DNA of 64,000 bases from Tubulanus polymorphus (taxonomy: Eukaryota; Animalia; Nemertea): positions 14,198,001 to 14,262,000 of the forward strand of contig NC_134025.1 in NCBI RefSeq assembly GCF_964204645.1, in the 5' to 3' direction. A program made the translations under genes and the position numbers. This document shows, piece by piece, positions 23,552-37,250 of this stretch. Within the stretch, counting starts at the first letter, position 1; each line of letters begins with the position of its first letter. The notes beneath the pieces were generated by a model that saw nothing but the letters and a program-made list of their open reading frames with translations, was not told the DNA's origin and did no database searches.

Positions 23552-26095
23552 GATAAGATAAGATAAGATAATTTATTACTCTCCAACCATTTCCATGGTA
23601 CGTGGAGGAAAAAAAGATTTTGTTTACAAATATTTACATATCGAGAGAAAAATAAAAAATATTTTAAAAACATAAAAAGAGTATTTACAATATATACAAA
23701 TACAGTGTACTATTTACAATTGACAGACTACAGGAGGGATCTATATACATCTAAACCATCTTTTATAAATTGTGCTAATTGAAAATTTGGAGTTTTTAAT
23801 ATATCAAAGTTTCTAAATGTTTCTAAATTCGGAATGGTATTGCGAAGTTCGGTAAGAATCTTACAATCAAAGAGAAAATGTAATTCATCCCCAAAAACAT
23901 TGCAGATTGGGCACATTCTTTCGTTTCTAGGTATATGGAGATTAGAAAATCTATGTACAGGTAATAGGTGGGATCCTATTCTAAACTGAAAAAAACTAAA
24001 AACACAATTATCACCTAGTTGGTTAATATAATTCTCAAACTTAATATCGTTTTTGTATTCCCTGAAATTAATATATAACGGATTATTATTGATTTTGAAA
24101 ATAGTCTCTTGTGCATACTGGTCACGTAGAATTTGTCTTACATATTTTGAGAACGCCCTAGAACTTTGCATATATTGTTGCATCCATACATAGGACAGAC
24201 CGCAGTCATCAAAGGTTTGTTTAATACTGAAAAGCCAAGGACTAGTATGTTTGTCATTTAGATACAGATTACAGGAAATTCGATAGAGTATTGCATTAAG
24301 CTTAGATTGTTTGCCAGATACAGTTTTACACCAAAAATTAATCATTCTACGCTTTACTTCAATGAACAAAGGATAACGCCCTAACTCTGCTAACACCGGT
24401 AAATTATGAGAATACTTTGTTACCTTCATTAAAATCTTGCAAAAAAGACAATGAATATTTTCTAATAAGTCTAAATTTTCGTATCCCCATACCTCGCAAC
24501 CATACATGGCAACAAGGGCAACGCACATATCGAATAATTTAAACATTACGTCGATTGGGAGTTTCAGGCGCCTACCCTTTTGGATAATAGAAAACATAGC
24601 TCTCATAGCTTTATCGTAAAGATATTTTCTTGCTTTAACCAAACTACCGTTCCAGTTGAATTTAACTCCGAGGTACAAATAATCTTCAACTATCTCCAAT
24701 TCTTGGTTGCCAAACATAAATTTTGGAATTTGCTTAATTCTAGATTTACTTCGCGCAAAAACTAATATTTTTGTCTTATCGACATTTACAGTGAGGCCGT
24801 TGTCTGTGCAATATTCAAATAATGTATCTAAGTGTAACTGTAGTGATCTCTCATCCTCGGCAAGAATGACCGTGTCATCCGCATATAGGATAATAAATAA
24901 ATTCAGTAAAGTATCAAGATCCTGATTACACCCCGAGTTCAGATGTTCCATAAACGATAAAGTTGAGTTACCACGGCTAATAGAAAATTCCTCAATATCA
25001 TTCAAAAAAAAGAAAAAAGAATAGGTGACAGGTTTTCGCCTTGTCTTAAACCACGATCAGCTGCGAAATAATGCGACGTATTACCCTTAGACCTAACACA
25101 TGATTTGACGGAATCATACATACTTTTTACTACATTCAAAAAATTACCGGTTATACAATTAGCTATGAGTTTCTTCCATAAAAAAACCCTACAAACCGAA
25201 TCAAAAGCTTTCTTGAAGTCGACAAAGGCGCAGAAAAGTCTTCTTCCTTGACAAAGATACAACTCGACGATGGTTTTTAGGGTGTAAATATGATCGATAG
25301 TTGAGTATTTAGATCTAAAACCAGCCTGAGCTTCACTGATAATGTTGTTAATATCTAGGAATGAAGACAGTCTTTGATTCAATATACTTGTAAATAATTT
25401 GCCTAAACAGCTAACTAGTGTGATGCCTCTATAATTATCTGGATTGGCGGGGTCTCCTTTGTTTTTAAAAATGGGTTTAATGACGCCAACGGACCACATC
25501 TCTGGTACATGGCCAGTTTTAAGTACTAAGTTAAAAATATTTTGTAATATCGTTGCTATACATGGATACTCATTAACTTTCGGCATTTCATTGATAATTC
25601 CATCTATACCAGATGCCTTGTTGTTTTTCAATGAAGATATAGCTTTGCCTATTTCTTCAGTAGAAATTTCACAGTTTAACATGGAGTTGTCATAATCAGG
25701 TGGGTCATCATCTTGAGTTTCAGTAATGGTATCAGTCTGCTCGTTTACGTTAATATTCAAATCATTCAGTCTCATGAAGTGTTCAAGGAAAGTATCGATA
25801 TCGATATTATCTTTGTCAACTGTTGTTACTGTCGCTGAGTTCAGCATAGACCAGTATTTCTTAGGGTAACTAATTTCACATTCTCTTAATTCTTTGATAA
25901 AGTTTTCTTTCTGTCTTCTTTTAGATTCTCGAATAGTTTTTTTATATTTCCTAGACGAGTTCTTTAAAAATTCTAAGTTTGCGGAATTCGGACAGCTCCT
26001 ATATCTATTTCGCCTATAATTATACTCTTTTTGCGCTATTCTACAATCCCGACTAAACCACCTATTATACGCTTGCTTTTTACGGCTACTGCTCT
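23552..26095 (-). mobile_element. LINE B, RTE-X-like, 5'-truncated
   Basis: RT (NYRGITL, FVDFKKAFD, GLRQG, YADD), C-terminal CxxC...HFLFDC, 3' stem-loop, AATAAA and (TTATC)n tail; frameshift at ~25005. Confidence 0.9.
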
Positions 26096-26315
26096 GATTA
26101 CGATTACGATTACGATTACGATTTATTTACACTCCAACCATTTCCATGGTATATGGAGGAAAACTATTACACATGTATATACAAGTATTTACAAAACAAC
26201 ACTAAAGTGATTAAAATTTAGAGAATGAAAACGTAACGAAATATATATATACATCAACTATTTACAATACTATATATACTATTATATACATCAACTATTT
26301 ACAATACTATATATA

Positions 26316-27017
26316 CTATTGGAGGGATCTATATACATCTAAGCCGGTCTTAATGAATTTAGCTAAGTTGACCGTTGGGTTTTTCAGAATATCAAGGGTA
26401 TTAAAGGTATTCAAATTCAAAAAGTTTTTGCGTTGTTCGTTAAGTAAGGTACAGTCAAACAGAAAATGGGATTCGTCACCTAAAGTATTACAAGTGGGGC
26501 ATATTCTATCGGCTCTGTCTAAATGAAGGTTTGAAAATTTGTTCACAGGTAAAATATAGGACCCGACCCTAAATTCAAATAAACTAGTTCCTAAGTCATC
26601 ACCAAGTTCTATTATATACTTCTCTAATCTAATATCATTTTTATATTGCCTAAAGTTAGTGTATATCGGATTAGTATTTATGGCAGATACAGTTTCTTGA
26701 AGGTGCTGGTCACGGAGTATCTGTTTTATTCGTTTTGAAAAAGATTTACTGTTAGTCATGAATTGCTGCGTCCAAATGCAGGACAAACCACAGTCATCAA
26801 ACGTTTTCTTTATATATGATAACCAAGGGCTCTTGAATTTATCCCTTAAAAATAAATTGAAAGATATTTTATAGAGTATTGAATTAAGTTTGGTTTGCTT
26901 TCCAGATACTGTTTTCACCCAAAAGTTAATCATCCTGCGTCTAACATCTATATTCAAAGGGTAACGTCCTAGCTCTGATAAAACTTGTAAGTTGCGAGAA
27001 TATTTCGTCACTTTCAT
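26316..27017 (-). pseudogene. LINE A ORF2 C-terminal part
   Basis: ELGRYPL...RICPTCNTLGDESHFLFDC; paralogous to the LINE B C-terminus. Confidence 0.9.
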
Positions 27018-27304
27018 TAAAGGGTAACTGACACTTTTTTTTTTATTTCAAAATTCGATAAGTTCTATCGAACTAAGGAAGACTTTGAAATAGTTCTGTT
27101 CAAAAATGTGTAGTTTCCGCGAAAATCGTGATTTTGTAAGACAATTTTTGACCTCATTTCGTTGTATACATCGCGTTAGAAATCATCGGCAATTTCCGTC
27201 GATCTCCGGCGCTGTGACGTCAATAAAGTGAGCACTGAAAATTCTCTTCTATGAGATAACGTTGCGTTTTTACTACTCGGCGTGTTTTCACTGCTTTTTC
27301 TCAA

Positions 27305-30106
27305 ATGCCAAATCGTTGTGTTTGCTTTGGGTGCGATTATTCGGATAGGGGTATATTTCTTTTTCCGAAGAATCCTGTTCTTCGAGAAAAATGGGCTTCT
27401 TTTGTAGGTTTAAAGCGATTGAATTGGAGCGGCCCAACGTCGAATAGCGTCGTGTGTTACCGGCATTTTACCAACGATGATTTCGTTAATAAAATGCAGT
27501 ATGATGCACAATTTGCAAAGAGGTAAGTTTCATTCAGTCATCTTAACATTTATTCGAGACATGGTTTGAGAATAATTATTGTATGGGCTTGAAAATCACT
27601 GTTAAAAGGGTCGCATTTTCAAGTCCAATTCAAATCAATAAAATTTATTTTTTCCACGCGCGGTATCCAATTCATAATTTTTTATGTCAATGCCGTTTAA
27701 CTTTTGTTTGCTAAGCGTGATTGTAAAACCATGCCTTCTAGGTCAGCTTACATCGTGTGACAATAGAAACATCTTTTCATTGAACTACTACTATAGGCCA
27801 CAGTGCATTGGCCATCGTACAATAGGCTTTTATTGTCATTGTGAGTGCCTTACTTCACTCACTAACTACAATAACAAAATGAATATTTCACGAGCCTTGT
27901 GAATTAACGGTTGCCTTTTGCTTGAAATAGATTGTTGCTGAAACAAGGAGCCGTGCCATCGATCCACACTGTGATAGAAACCCCTGAATCTACATCTCAA
28001 CCAGAGGATTTCTTCTCGCCACCACGAAAGCCTGGACGAAAAGTGTTTGAGAAGAGGGAGAGACGGCGAGTCATTGCTGAGACTGAGAGCCAGGTTTTGC
28101 ATAATCTTCAGTATAATATTTTAATCATGAATGATATTTTCCTTTCTTTTGTATAAAACTTCATTTATCATTGCAGTGATGAATCGGATAAGTCGTATAA
28201 AGACCAAACCAAGATTATTGTGTTCCAGTCAGCAATTCTGCAGCTGTTACAATACTGCCGGCGCTGTGGAAGAGAGAACCAAGTTTGGAAGAGGCACAGA
28301 GGAACAATGTTGACTGTCAGAACAAATTGTTTGAATTGTGGTGAAACTACTGAATGGTCCAGCCAACCAACAGTTGCTCGAGGAATTCCTATATTGGATG
28401 TTTTATTAAGTGCCATGGTTCTTTTAACAGGAAGTTTGCCCACAAAAGTTTTTCGACTGTTCAAGTAAGTTGCAGTAAAAACAATACTTTCAGTCTAATC
28501 AAACATAATTTTTTAAAGTTATAAATGTAATGGTCAATCCAATTTCAGTTTCATGAATATAAAGGCTCAGAGTACCAGGACATATTTCCGGTACCAGAAA
28601 AACTATCTTCACGATGCTGTTTCATCTGTGTGGGAAGCAAGTAGATCGGCACTTGTCAACAAATTACCAGGGCCACGATTGCTTGCTGGTGATGGACGTT
28701 GCGATTCTATGGGTCATTCTGCTAAATTTGGAAGTTACACTCTGATGGATTTAATAACTAACAAAGTGATCGCGTTTCAACTTGTTCAGGTATGTCAGAA
28801 CCATAAAATCTTGCTTTTTCCTGAATTTAAAACAGAGAAAGGTTTACGTCTATCTTTGTTATTGATTTTTTTAGTCGAATGAGGTAAAGAATTCAAATGC
28901 AATGGAATTGGAAGGCTTAAAGCGTTGCCGAATACAGATAGGAAACCTGAAAGTGATGGCATTTATTTCGGATATGCACATTCAAATTACTAAATGGACA
29001 AGGGAAGTTTGGAATGTAGCTCACTATTATGACTGCTGGCACGTTGTTAAAAGTAAGTTCAAAAATTCTTTGTGTAGAATTTACATATCACTCACGGAAT
29101 CAAAAATGAGACGAAATACTAATTTTTCATTTCAAGGTATAACCAAGAAACTAGAAATAATGTCAAGGAAAAAGGAATGTGAAGAAATCAAGGATTGGAT
29201 AAAGTCAATAAAATGTCATTTGTACTGGTGCGCTGCATCATCATCACCCGGGGATAAAGAAGGCATCAGTAAAAAATGGTCATCAGCAGTCAAACACATC
29301 CAAGACAATCATGAAGACTGCAGCCATGAACCCATAACATCAGAAAAGAAATAGCTTTATCCAGGTAAGATATTATCTATTGCAACTACTGAATCAGAAA
29401 TTATATCTAATTTCATGTGATGAAACATTTGATGTACTATTTACAGGATCTTTGGTTGGTGATTCTATGCAAAAATATCTGACGAATACACGGGTTATAA
29501 ATAAAGTGAAGATGATGTCACCATACGGCCAGACCAGTAAACTGGAGTGTCTTCACAGTTTATTCAATCATTTTGCCCCGAAGATGATTCAGTTTTCTTA
29601 CAATGGAATGACAAGCAGGTAAGCAAAGTATATAACAATTGAGTGATTTCTATTTTTTCATACATATGTCCCTGCTAAGACTTATATCAATGTCTTATGT
29701 CTTCTCTTAGGTTACAAATAGCTGCCCTACATTTCAATGAGAATAGTGACAGAATACAAGGCACAAAGATTGATGGGACAAAAAAATATAGCATTGTCTA
29801 TCCAAAATACAAGGACACCCACACATTACGAAAACTACTCACTGATGCCACTTATGGTGAATATTAAAGTCATTAACTAAACTTATGTAAATAATTCATT
29901 ACCAAACACATTGTTGGCTAACAGTGTTTTTTATTTCAGAATATGTCGACATTTGCTGGAACAAGATACTCGAGGACGTGGAAGAAGCAGATAGGCCGAG
30001 GAAAATAATCACAGTACCACCAAATCTCACATCAAACAAAGAAAAAATCACCAAAGAGGAAGCCATCGCAATGCACAGGACAAGATTCAAAAAAACTAAT
30101 AGATGA
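27305..30106 (+). pseudogene. Kolobok THAP-DDE transposase (about 9 exons; in-frame TAG at 29352)
   Basis: THAP (CVCFGC...FP...W...VCYRHF...AVPSI); LAGDGRCDSMGHSAKFGSY, FISDMH, YDCWHVVK, TSKLECLHS; GT-AG introns. Confidence 0.85.
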
Positions 30107-30785
30107 TTGAATGGTAAGTCTCTTGACATTTGTATTGAAGGTATAATTTCATTTAAAATTGTAATACATGCACATGAAAACATGACAATTATATTGATTT
30201 TCTTAAAAAATACATTCTTTTTAGGTCTGCGGAAAAAATGATGACCCGAAGTGATGATTTAATTCGAAAAATAATGTACGAAGAAATATATTTGAAATTT
30301 GGCAGTTCAAAGATACCGAGTACGTTTTATTTCAACATCAGGAATCATGATATATCTTGTATTCGTTTTATAATTCAACCTAAAATATTTTTCATGTCTT
30401 TTTCAGGTGATAAAGACAAAATATCTACATTTGCATGGGAAGATTAATGGTGAAACTACAAGTCTAAGTGAAAGTTGTAGACACCAGTTCACTCAATAAA
30501 TGATCTGTAGAAAATTGATAGGAAACTGAAAATAAAATTATTGATCTGCTTAAGCATAACAAAACTGCTCCTTACTTGAACAATTAATTGCGATCAGATG
30601 TTTAAATTAGAACTCAATGGATTGAAAGCAAAACGTTTTATACATTATAAATATGCAATAAAATTTATATTTTATATCTAAGCGATGTCATTGTTTTATT
30701 AAAATATCTGTAAGAAAAGCACAAGTTAAGAAGAATATATAAACATCGTTAGAATTTTTAAGTTGAATTCTTCTATTTTAATTCA

Positions 30786-31735
30786 TTATGGTCCATCAAT
30801 CGACACATTACGAAATCCTTTATATACATGGTCCTCCTCATAACCGTCCTCAGGGAAATGTGCGCGGATGCACGAAACGACACAAGCAGGCAAAATTCTC
30901 CTATTCTCCTTGCCCAAATATCCCCAACACCACCGAACAAATGATCTGTATGCTACATGTCTTAATTTCGCATTTGCTGGCCCTTCAAAACTTTTCCGTC
31001 CGTACTGCCGTTTAAATTCGGTCCACATCAGCTGCAGGACCCAAGGGTTCAAACAGATCGAAGCGAAAGCTGCTGTGTCCGTCATGCAGGTCTCTTCATT
31101 TTGTCCGGACTCCTCCCAAACCCATTCCAGTCTTCTTTTCACGACATCAATCTCCATACAGCACACACACTCTTGCTCCGTCTCTAAGATCTGACAGTGT
31201 CCACATTGGCACCTAAAAAGATTATCCATAAAAATATTTTTAAGGTATGGATATAGGTATCTACTTGTTGTAAGCCTATGCTGATGCAATGCAGTGCAAG
31301 AATAGTCCAGCAGTGCCAGCACAACGACGTTGAATCGCACTGAGCTTTTGAAACGAACATGATAAGATTCTCTCAACTTCGCCAACAAAGCTCAAAAACC
31401 TATAATTAAATCTACGGCTTAATGAATCTTAAAATATATATTTTTAAGTTAATTGTTATATGAACATACCACTGATTCAGATTATGCAGCTCCAAACGGT
31501 TTATTCGGCCTTCGTCGTCGTCTCCCTCTGCCTCCGGTCTGGGTTCATCGCCGTTTCGCTTCGGTTCTGCCTCTGGTTCGTATAAATACGGCCCGATCAT
31601 TAATTCCTCTTCGTCACTTGTTTCCTGCCATTCAAAATCACTAAGCGATTCATCTGAATTTGATGCCGAAGTGGCATTAAATTCAGATGAATCGCTCCCA
31701 TTGTCCGATTCTCTATTCATTTCTATAGACGCCAT
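30786..31735 (-). CDS. KolX-like Cys-rich protein (P2X7 cytoplasmic ballast-like domain), 2 exons (31735-31470, 31212-30786)
   Basis: Spliced W-CQCGHC...ECVCC...RHVAYRSFVRWCWGYLGKENRRILPACVVSCIRAHFP...YKGF; acidic first exon with PYLYEP. Confidence 0.85.
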
Positions 31736-31960
31736 TATTGAGTCGCTGCCTTTAATGACGTAGTTCTATAAATAGCCCGCAGTACACGTGTTTTTCCGGA
31801 ACGATGTAAACAAAACGAGGCGCGCGAAAATCAAAATCATCAAATATCATTATAAATTGAAATTTTTTCCGATCTTTCAAATTGTCAATCTCAATAGTAT
31901 ACTATAATGAATCATTTTATTCCAAAAGTAGAAAATTCTTGAAAAAGTGTCAGTTACCCT

Positions 31961-33540
31961 TTAAGATTTTACAGAAGAAGCGATGAATATTTTCTAATAA
32001 ATCAAGATTTTCATATCCCCAGATCTCACACCCATACATGGCTATTGGAGCAACACACGTATCAAATAATTTAAACATAACATCTATGGGCAATTTCAAA
32101 CGTCTGCCTTTTTGAACGATCGAAAACATAGCTCTGATAGCTTTATCGTAAAGATACTTTTTTGCCTTAGCAAAGTTACCATTCCAATTGAATTTTACTC
32201 CGAGATAAACATAATCTTTAACTACCTCTAACTCTTGATCACCAAACATAAATTTCGAAATCGTTTTTATCCGGGATTTACTTCGCGCAAATACTAGTAC
32301 TTTAGTTTTCTCTGGGTTAACAATGAGACCATTAGCCGCGCAATATTCAAATAAGGTATCTAAGTGTAGCTGAAGAGATTTCTCATCCTCAGCAAGAATA
32401 ACTGTATCATCTGCGTATAGTATTATGAATAAATTCAGTAAAGTATCAATATCCTGATCACGATTCAAATTTAGTTTTTCTATAAATGACAAAGTTGGTT
32501 TTCCACGATCAATGAAAAATTCTTCAATGTCGTTTAAGAATAACGAAAAGAGGATAGGTGAGAGATTTTCGCCTTGTCTTAAGCCTCTATCAGCTGCAAA
32601 GTATTGTGACGTGCAACCATTTAATTCAACACATGATTTTATGGAGTTATACATATTTTTGACCACATTGAAAAAGTTTCCATTAACATTGTTAGCAATT
32701 AATTTTCGCCATAACTTTACCCTACAAATCGAGTCGAAAGCTTTCTTAAAATCAACAAAGGCGCAAAAAAGTCTTCTTCCCTGACAAAGATACAGCTCTA
32801 CGATTGTTTTAAGCGTGTAAATATGATCAATGGTGGAATATTTCGATCTAAAGCCAGCCTGGGCTTCACTTATAATGTGATTCGTATCTAGAAATGTTGA
32901 CAATCTTTGATTTAGGATACTTGTAAATAATTTACCAAGACAGCTAACTAAGGTAATACCTCTATAATTATCAGGATGAGAGGGATCGCCATTCTTTTTG
33001 AAAATGGGTTTGATGACGCCTATAGACCACATCTCTGGAACATATCCTGTTTTAAGAACTAAATTGAATAATTTTTGTAATATATCAACTAAAAACGGAT
33101 ACTGACTAACTCCCAGCAGCTCATTCGTGATTCCATCAATGCCTGGGGCCTTATTGTTTTTGAGTAAAGAGATAGCCTTAATTACCTCATCACTGGTTAT
33201 ATCACTGTTCAAAATATAATTGTCATAGACAGGATGGTCACCCACGTCTGGGGGCTCATCACCGTCATCGGTTTCATTGTTAACATTATTCAAATCATTT
33301 AATCTCATAAAATGTTCAAGAAAAATATCAATATCTATATTAGCCTCATTATTTTTTGTTCCGCTCGCAGAGTTTAGCATCGACCAATACTTTTTTGGGT
33401 TATTAATTTCGCATTCTCTCAATTCCTTAATAAATTCATCCTTTTGTTTCTTCTTATTTTCTCGGATGACCTTTTTATAGTTTTTAGACGAGTTCTTAAG
33501 GGACTCAAAATTGGAAAGGGTAGGGCAACCCCTATATCTT
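31961..33540 (-). pseudogene. LINE A ORF2 reverse transcriptase domain
   Basis: KAPGIDG, NYRGITLVS, QAGFR, VDFKKAFD, GLRQGENLSP, YADD, YLG. Confidence 0.93.
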
Positions 33541-34731
33541 TTTTTTCATATAATTATATTTCTTCTGTGCGTCTCTACAGTCCCTGCCAAACCATCTGTT
33601 GCGGACCGGTTTTTTGCAGTTATTACTTTTCCTACTTTTTCTATGGTACATCAAATTACACTCATCAGCACTTGATAATAAAGAAGATACAAATCTATCG
33701 GTAAGTCCATTAATGTCATCTGGCGATTGATTTCCTAGATCTTGCAACCCGTCCAACAGTAACTTATCTAAATCATTATCTCGTAATCTTGATTCTACAT
33801 TCAGGAAAAATTGATTTGATCTAGTACTGACCCACCTAATTGAAGTTTTAAAGTTCGCGTGTTCATTACCCCTTTCATTATCGCTAGCAATGGTGTCCCT
33901 AGAATTCGTATACACGCACAGATTAATAGGATTATGTCCATCAGATAATAATGGGTCAAAAGGCATTATTTCAAAGTCCTCAACATAACCAAACAGTTCT
34001 AAATCACACACAAAATAATCGATGACACTAGTGTTCCTAAAAGTATAATTACCTGTCTGATCATTGCCACATCTGCCATTGAGGATAATTAGTGAATGGT
34101 TCTTACACAAATCTATTAGTTGATAGCCTGTATTATTCTTTCTTTTGTCCTGATTATTTCTAGTAGTGGGAACGCCTAAATTAATCAATGAGTCAACAAT
34201 AGGGTCTAAGTTATCATCTTGAATTATCTGATTATCAGGTTCCAAAAAGTCTGGCATACAAGCGGTGTGAGCATTAAAGTCACCAGAAATTAACACATTG
34301 AAATCATACTCAACTTTCAATTGCAATAACTCTATTTCAATTTCTCTGATAGCTATTTCTGAATAATAACGACTATTTTCTGGAGGAATATAAATTACAC
34401 CTAAAAGTACATGTTTGTCGCGATTAAATAAATCTTTATCTAATAAATACCAAGATACAAACTGAGAGTCAGTCGAAATTGGTTTTATTTTATTTTTCAT
34501 GAACTTCCTATATATGATACCGACGCCACCTGATCCTTTTTTTGAAAACTTTTTCCTATTTTTAAAGTGCGCCATATGGGAGGCGGGCAAGCTACAACCT
34601 AAATTACCGTCTAAATCATCTAAGTGAGTTTCAGTTAGACATGTGATGTCATTATTGCTAATAAATTCACAGAATTCTGGGATATCGAGTTTAGCTATAA
34701 GGCCACATACATTCAGCGTAGAAAACTTTAA
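33532..34731 (-). pseudogene. LINE A ORF2 APE endonuclease domain (offset from RT by a homopolymer frameshift at ~33540)
   Basis: TLNVCGL...LTETHL, GGVGI, GDFNAH, SVIDY, SDGHNP. Confidence 0.9.
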
Positions 34732-35064
34732 TGATGATTTGATACAAGGAATTTCACTTATGTTTGCTGCGTTTGCTGTACTAGTTACATTTTGCTTATT
34801 TAAATCAGAAGTGTTAATATTTCGCTTATTTACATCAGAAATGAAATGGTTAGGAGTTACATCAGGTACATGATTGTTACTATTTACATCAGGGTATGTA
34901 TCTACCGTATGAGAATTTACATGCGAGCCAACGATATCTCTATTTACATTTGGATAACTGTCACATAAATTTACACTATTTACAAATTCTATAACATAAC
35001 AACAACTTCGAGATACAAGGACAGTCCGGTCTACGAATTGTACGCTAAGTCCCTCCGCTGGTTC

Positions 35065-35850
35065 CTAGTGGCTGTCCATCGGTACGCGGTCACGGTTTTC
35101 GCGGATAACGAGTTTGTCCCGTACAAAGAAAGCTTGTTTTCCGTTCGCTTTCGCGGCTCTCAGCTCGGGTAGCTTTTCGCGTCGTCTCGCCGCCCATTCC
35201 TCAGGCACCTGTTCATTCAGTCCTAAAGACGAGCCCGCGAGATTTTTCGCAACTGAACGTACCAGTTCACGATCTTTGAAGAACTCGAATTTTGCAACAA
35301 TTGGGCGCGGTTTTTTCTGTTCGTTTTTCCTTCGTCCAAGGCGATGTGTTCGCGCGAATTTGAATGAGTCCACGGTCGTCTTCGGTAACTTAAGGTCTTT
35401 CTCGCAAAAGCCTTTAATTAAGTCCTCGGTATTCTCATTTTCGGATTCCTCGACGCCGTAAAAGATCAAATTATCGCGCATGCTACGCCATTGCTGATCT
35501 AGGAGTAGTTCATGGTCCGATTTGATAATTGCGTCCTGATCAGCGACGACTTTCTCTAAATCGCGAACTTTGCTTCTAAGTTGTTCGTTTTCACTCTTTA
35601 GTTGTAATACGTCCTGGTGGCAAAATTCAAGCGATTGTTTAACTTCGGTCATGTCCCTCTGCAAGTCGTCTAGAAGCTCTAATTTCGAAAGCTGGGAAAG
35701 AATCGCATCAAGTTTTGACGATATTCCATTGTCTGCTTCCACACGTGATGCCGTTTCCTCAGTCGATTTATGATTCTGGCGATTCGGACGATTTGATGCT
35801 GCAGTCTTCTGCTTCTTGTTAGGGGGTGAAACACTTTGTCTTCCCGCCAT
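35065..35850 (-). CDS. LINE A ORF1 (coiled coil plus RRM-like RNA-binding protein)
   Basis: Heptad region, then RDNLIFYGVEE...RTHRLG...PRPIVAKF, typical of LINE ORF1p. Confidence 0.88.
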   Translation of the reverse strand: MAGRQSVSPPNKKQKTAASNRPNRQNHKSTEETASRVEADNGISSKLDAILSQLSKLELLDDLQRDMTEVKQSLEFCHQDVLQLKSENEQLRSKVRDLEKVVADQDAIIKSDHELLLDQQWRSMRDNLIFYGVEESENENTEDLIKGFCEKDLKLPKTTVDSFKFARTHRLGRRKNEQKKPRPIVAKFEFFKDRELVRSVAKNLAGSSLGLNEQVPEEWAARRREKLPELRAAKANGKQAFFVRDKLVIRENRDRVPMDSH

Positions 35851-37250
35851 TTTCTCCAGGTCTCACCGAATATCACACAGATTTTGTGGTTGAAAAAGAA
35901 AAACAAATCGGTTAAGTTTCAATATATAGAAACGGGATTAACTGGACGCAAAGAATTAAACTAATCTAGGCCCTACGCACGTTAGTTCGTTTGTCATCAA
36001 CCGGTGCGATTAGTCTTTGTCGACTATGCAATGTTAATTCGTTTGATATAAGCTAGTTTTTAGTGTCTGTCGTGGCCGAATAATTAATACTAAATTCTCA
36101 GCTAATACGGGCTAAACGCACAAAAACGGCAACGGAATATAATAGATCTAAGGTAGAAAAAATAGTTTCCTTGGATAATGTTTGTAAGTGAAATGTGAAA
36201 ATTTACCTTGACGGTCGTTTAAGTAATTCAAGGAGCGCGCCGAAAGTACGTCCGCACAGTTCAGTACACCGCCGTGATTCGACAGTACCGGTAGCGCCGC
36301 TACTTAGCAACAATAAGAACTAATGTTATTGACGATGTTTTGTTAAGTGGAAAGACGCCGAGTACCAGTATATATCCGATAGGTTCGAATCCCCAATTTC
36401 TTCGGGATGTTTTGATTTTAAAATAGCGATCGTTTTAATAGATTTGGTGTACCTTATTAAACTTACCCACCGGCACCACACCTGCCGGATGTAAAACAGG
36501 GAACGTCCTATTCCAATGACGCTAAAGATTTAGTGTGAATTTTATGGTACTGTAAAGGCGGTATGAATTGAATTCAGCGTATAGACTGAGAGTAAAGTAT
36601 TTTAAGGCGAACTCTAATGGGCTGTTGCACATCGTCGAAAGACTTCTCATCGATACTTGATAAAAATGAAATAAAACATCTAGTTCCAATTATGTCATGT
36701 AAGCGTAAACATTTATTTTGAAAATCTCAACCATACATCAAAACATTTTAAAGCCTTCTATATCAAATGCAATCTTTTGCTAACATAAACAATGGACAAA
36801 TGGCCATATCTCTATCATATTAATTTTATCACGAATGCTAAATATTGCGATATTAATTGAAATCGTTCAACCAACAAATGAATTTAGTTAATCATCACAA
36901 ACCATTCATATCCTTGGCAAAAGACTTATAAGCTTTTAGAATATCCAAACAGGAAAACTTTAGTCTCATTTCTATGCGAGTAGAAATACATTATCATTAT
37001 AACATCCATATCGTTGCATTATATATAACATCCATATCTTTGCACTATATATATGTTTATAATGTCATATCTCTTAATAATAATCAATCCAATAATTAAA
37101 TCAATAATACTAATTTATTTTAAATTAATAATTGATAATTAAACTATCAATTCTGCTATAATTGAGTTACACATGAGGTAAAAAAATTATGACATAAAAA
37201 CTCCTGTCAGAGTAATAGAAATAACTGTCTAATACATGAAATAACACATT

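Larger units (their letters stand above)
27021..31960. mobile_element. Kolobok DNA transposon
   Basis: 19-bp TIR AGGGTAACTGACACTTTTT; TTAA TSD at 27017-27020 and 31961-31964; convergent THAP-DDE transposase and KolX genes. Confidence 0.9.
26096..36280 (-). mobile_element. LINE A, RTE-X-like, apparently full length, interrupted by Kolobok; 5' end approximate
   Basis: ORF1, APE, RT and C-terminal zinc-finger region; (CGTAAT)n tail at 26096-26122; removing 27021-31964 restores FFCKILMKVTKY. Confidence 0.9.

Noticed and set aside
30786-31735. Host P2X7 receptor gene
   Set aside because: No channel or TM domains, and it lies within transposon TIRs.
27021-31960. piggyBac assignment because of the TTAA TSD
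   Set aside because: Ends are AG...CT rather than CCY...RGG, and the THAP plus GDGRCDS transposase with a convergent Cys-rich gene fits Kolobok.
33530-33550. Programmed frameshift between APE and RT
   Set aside because: It lies in a homopolymer, LINE B reads through the equivalent region, and LINE ORF2 is normally continuous; mutation or sequencing error is more likely.
23530-36320. A shared target-site duplication around the LINE B plus LINE A tandem
   Set aside because: No convincing direct repeat found at the two outer flanks.
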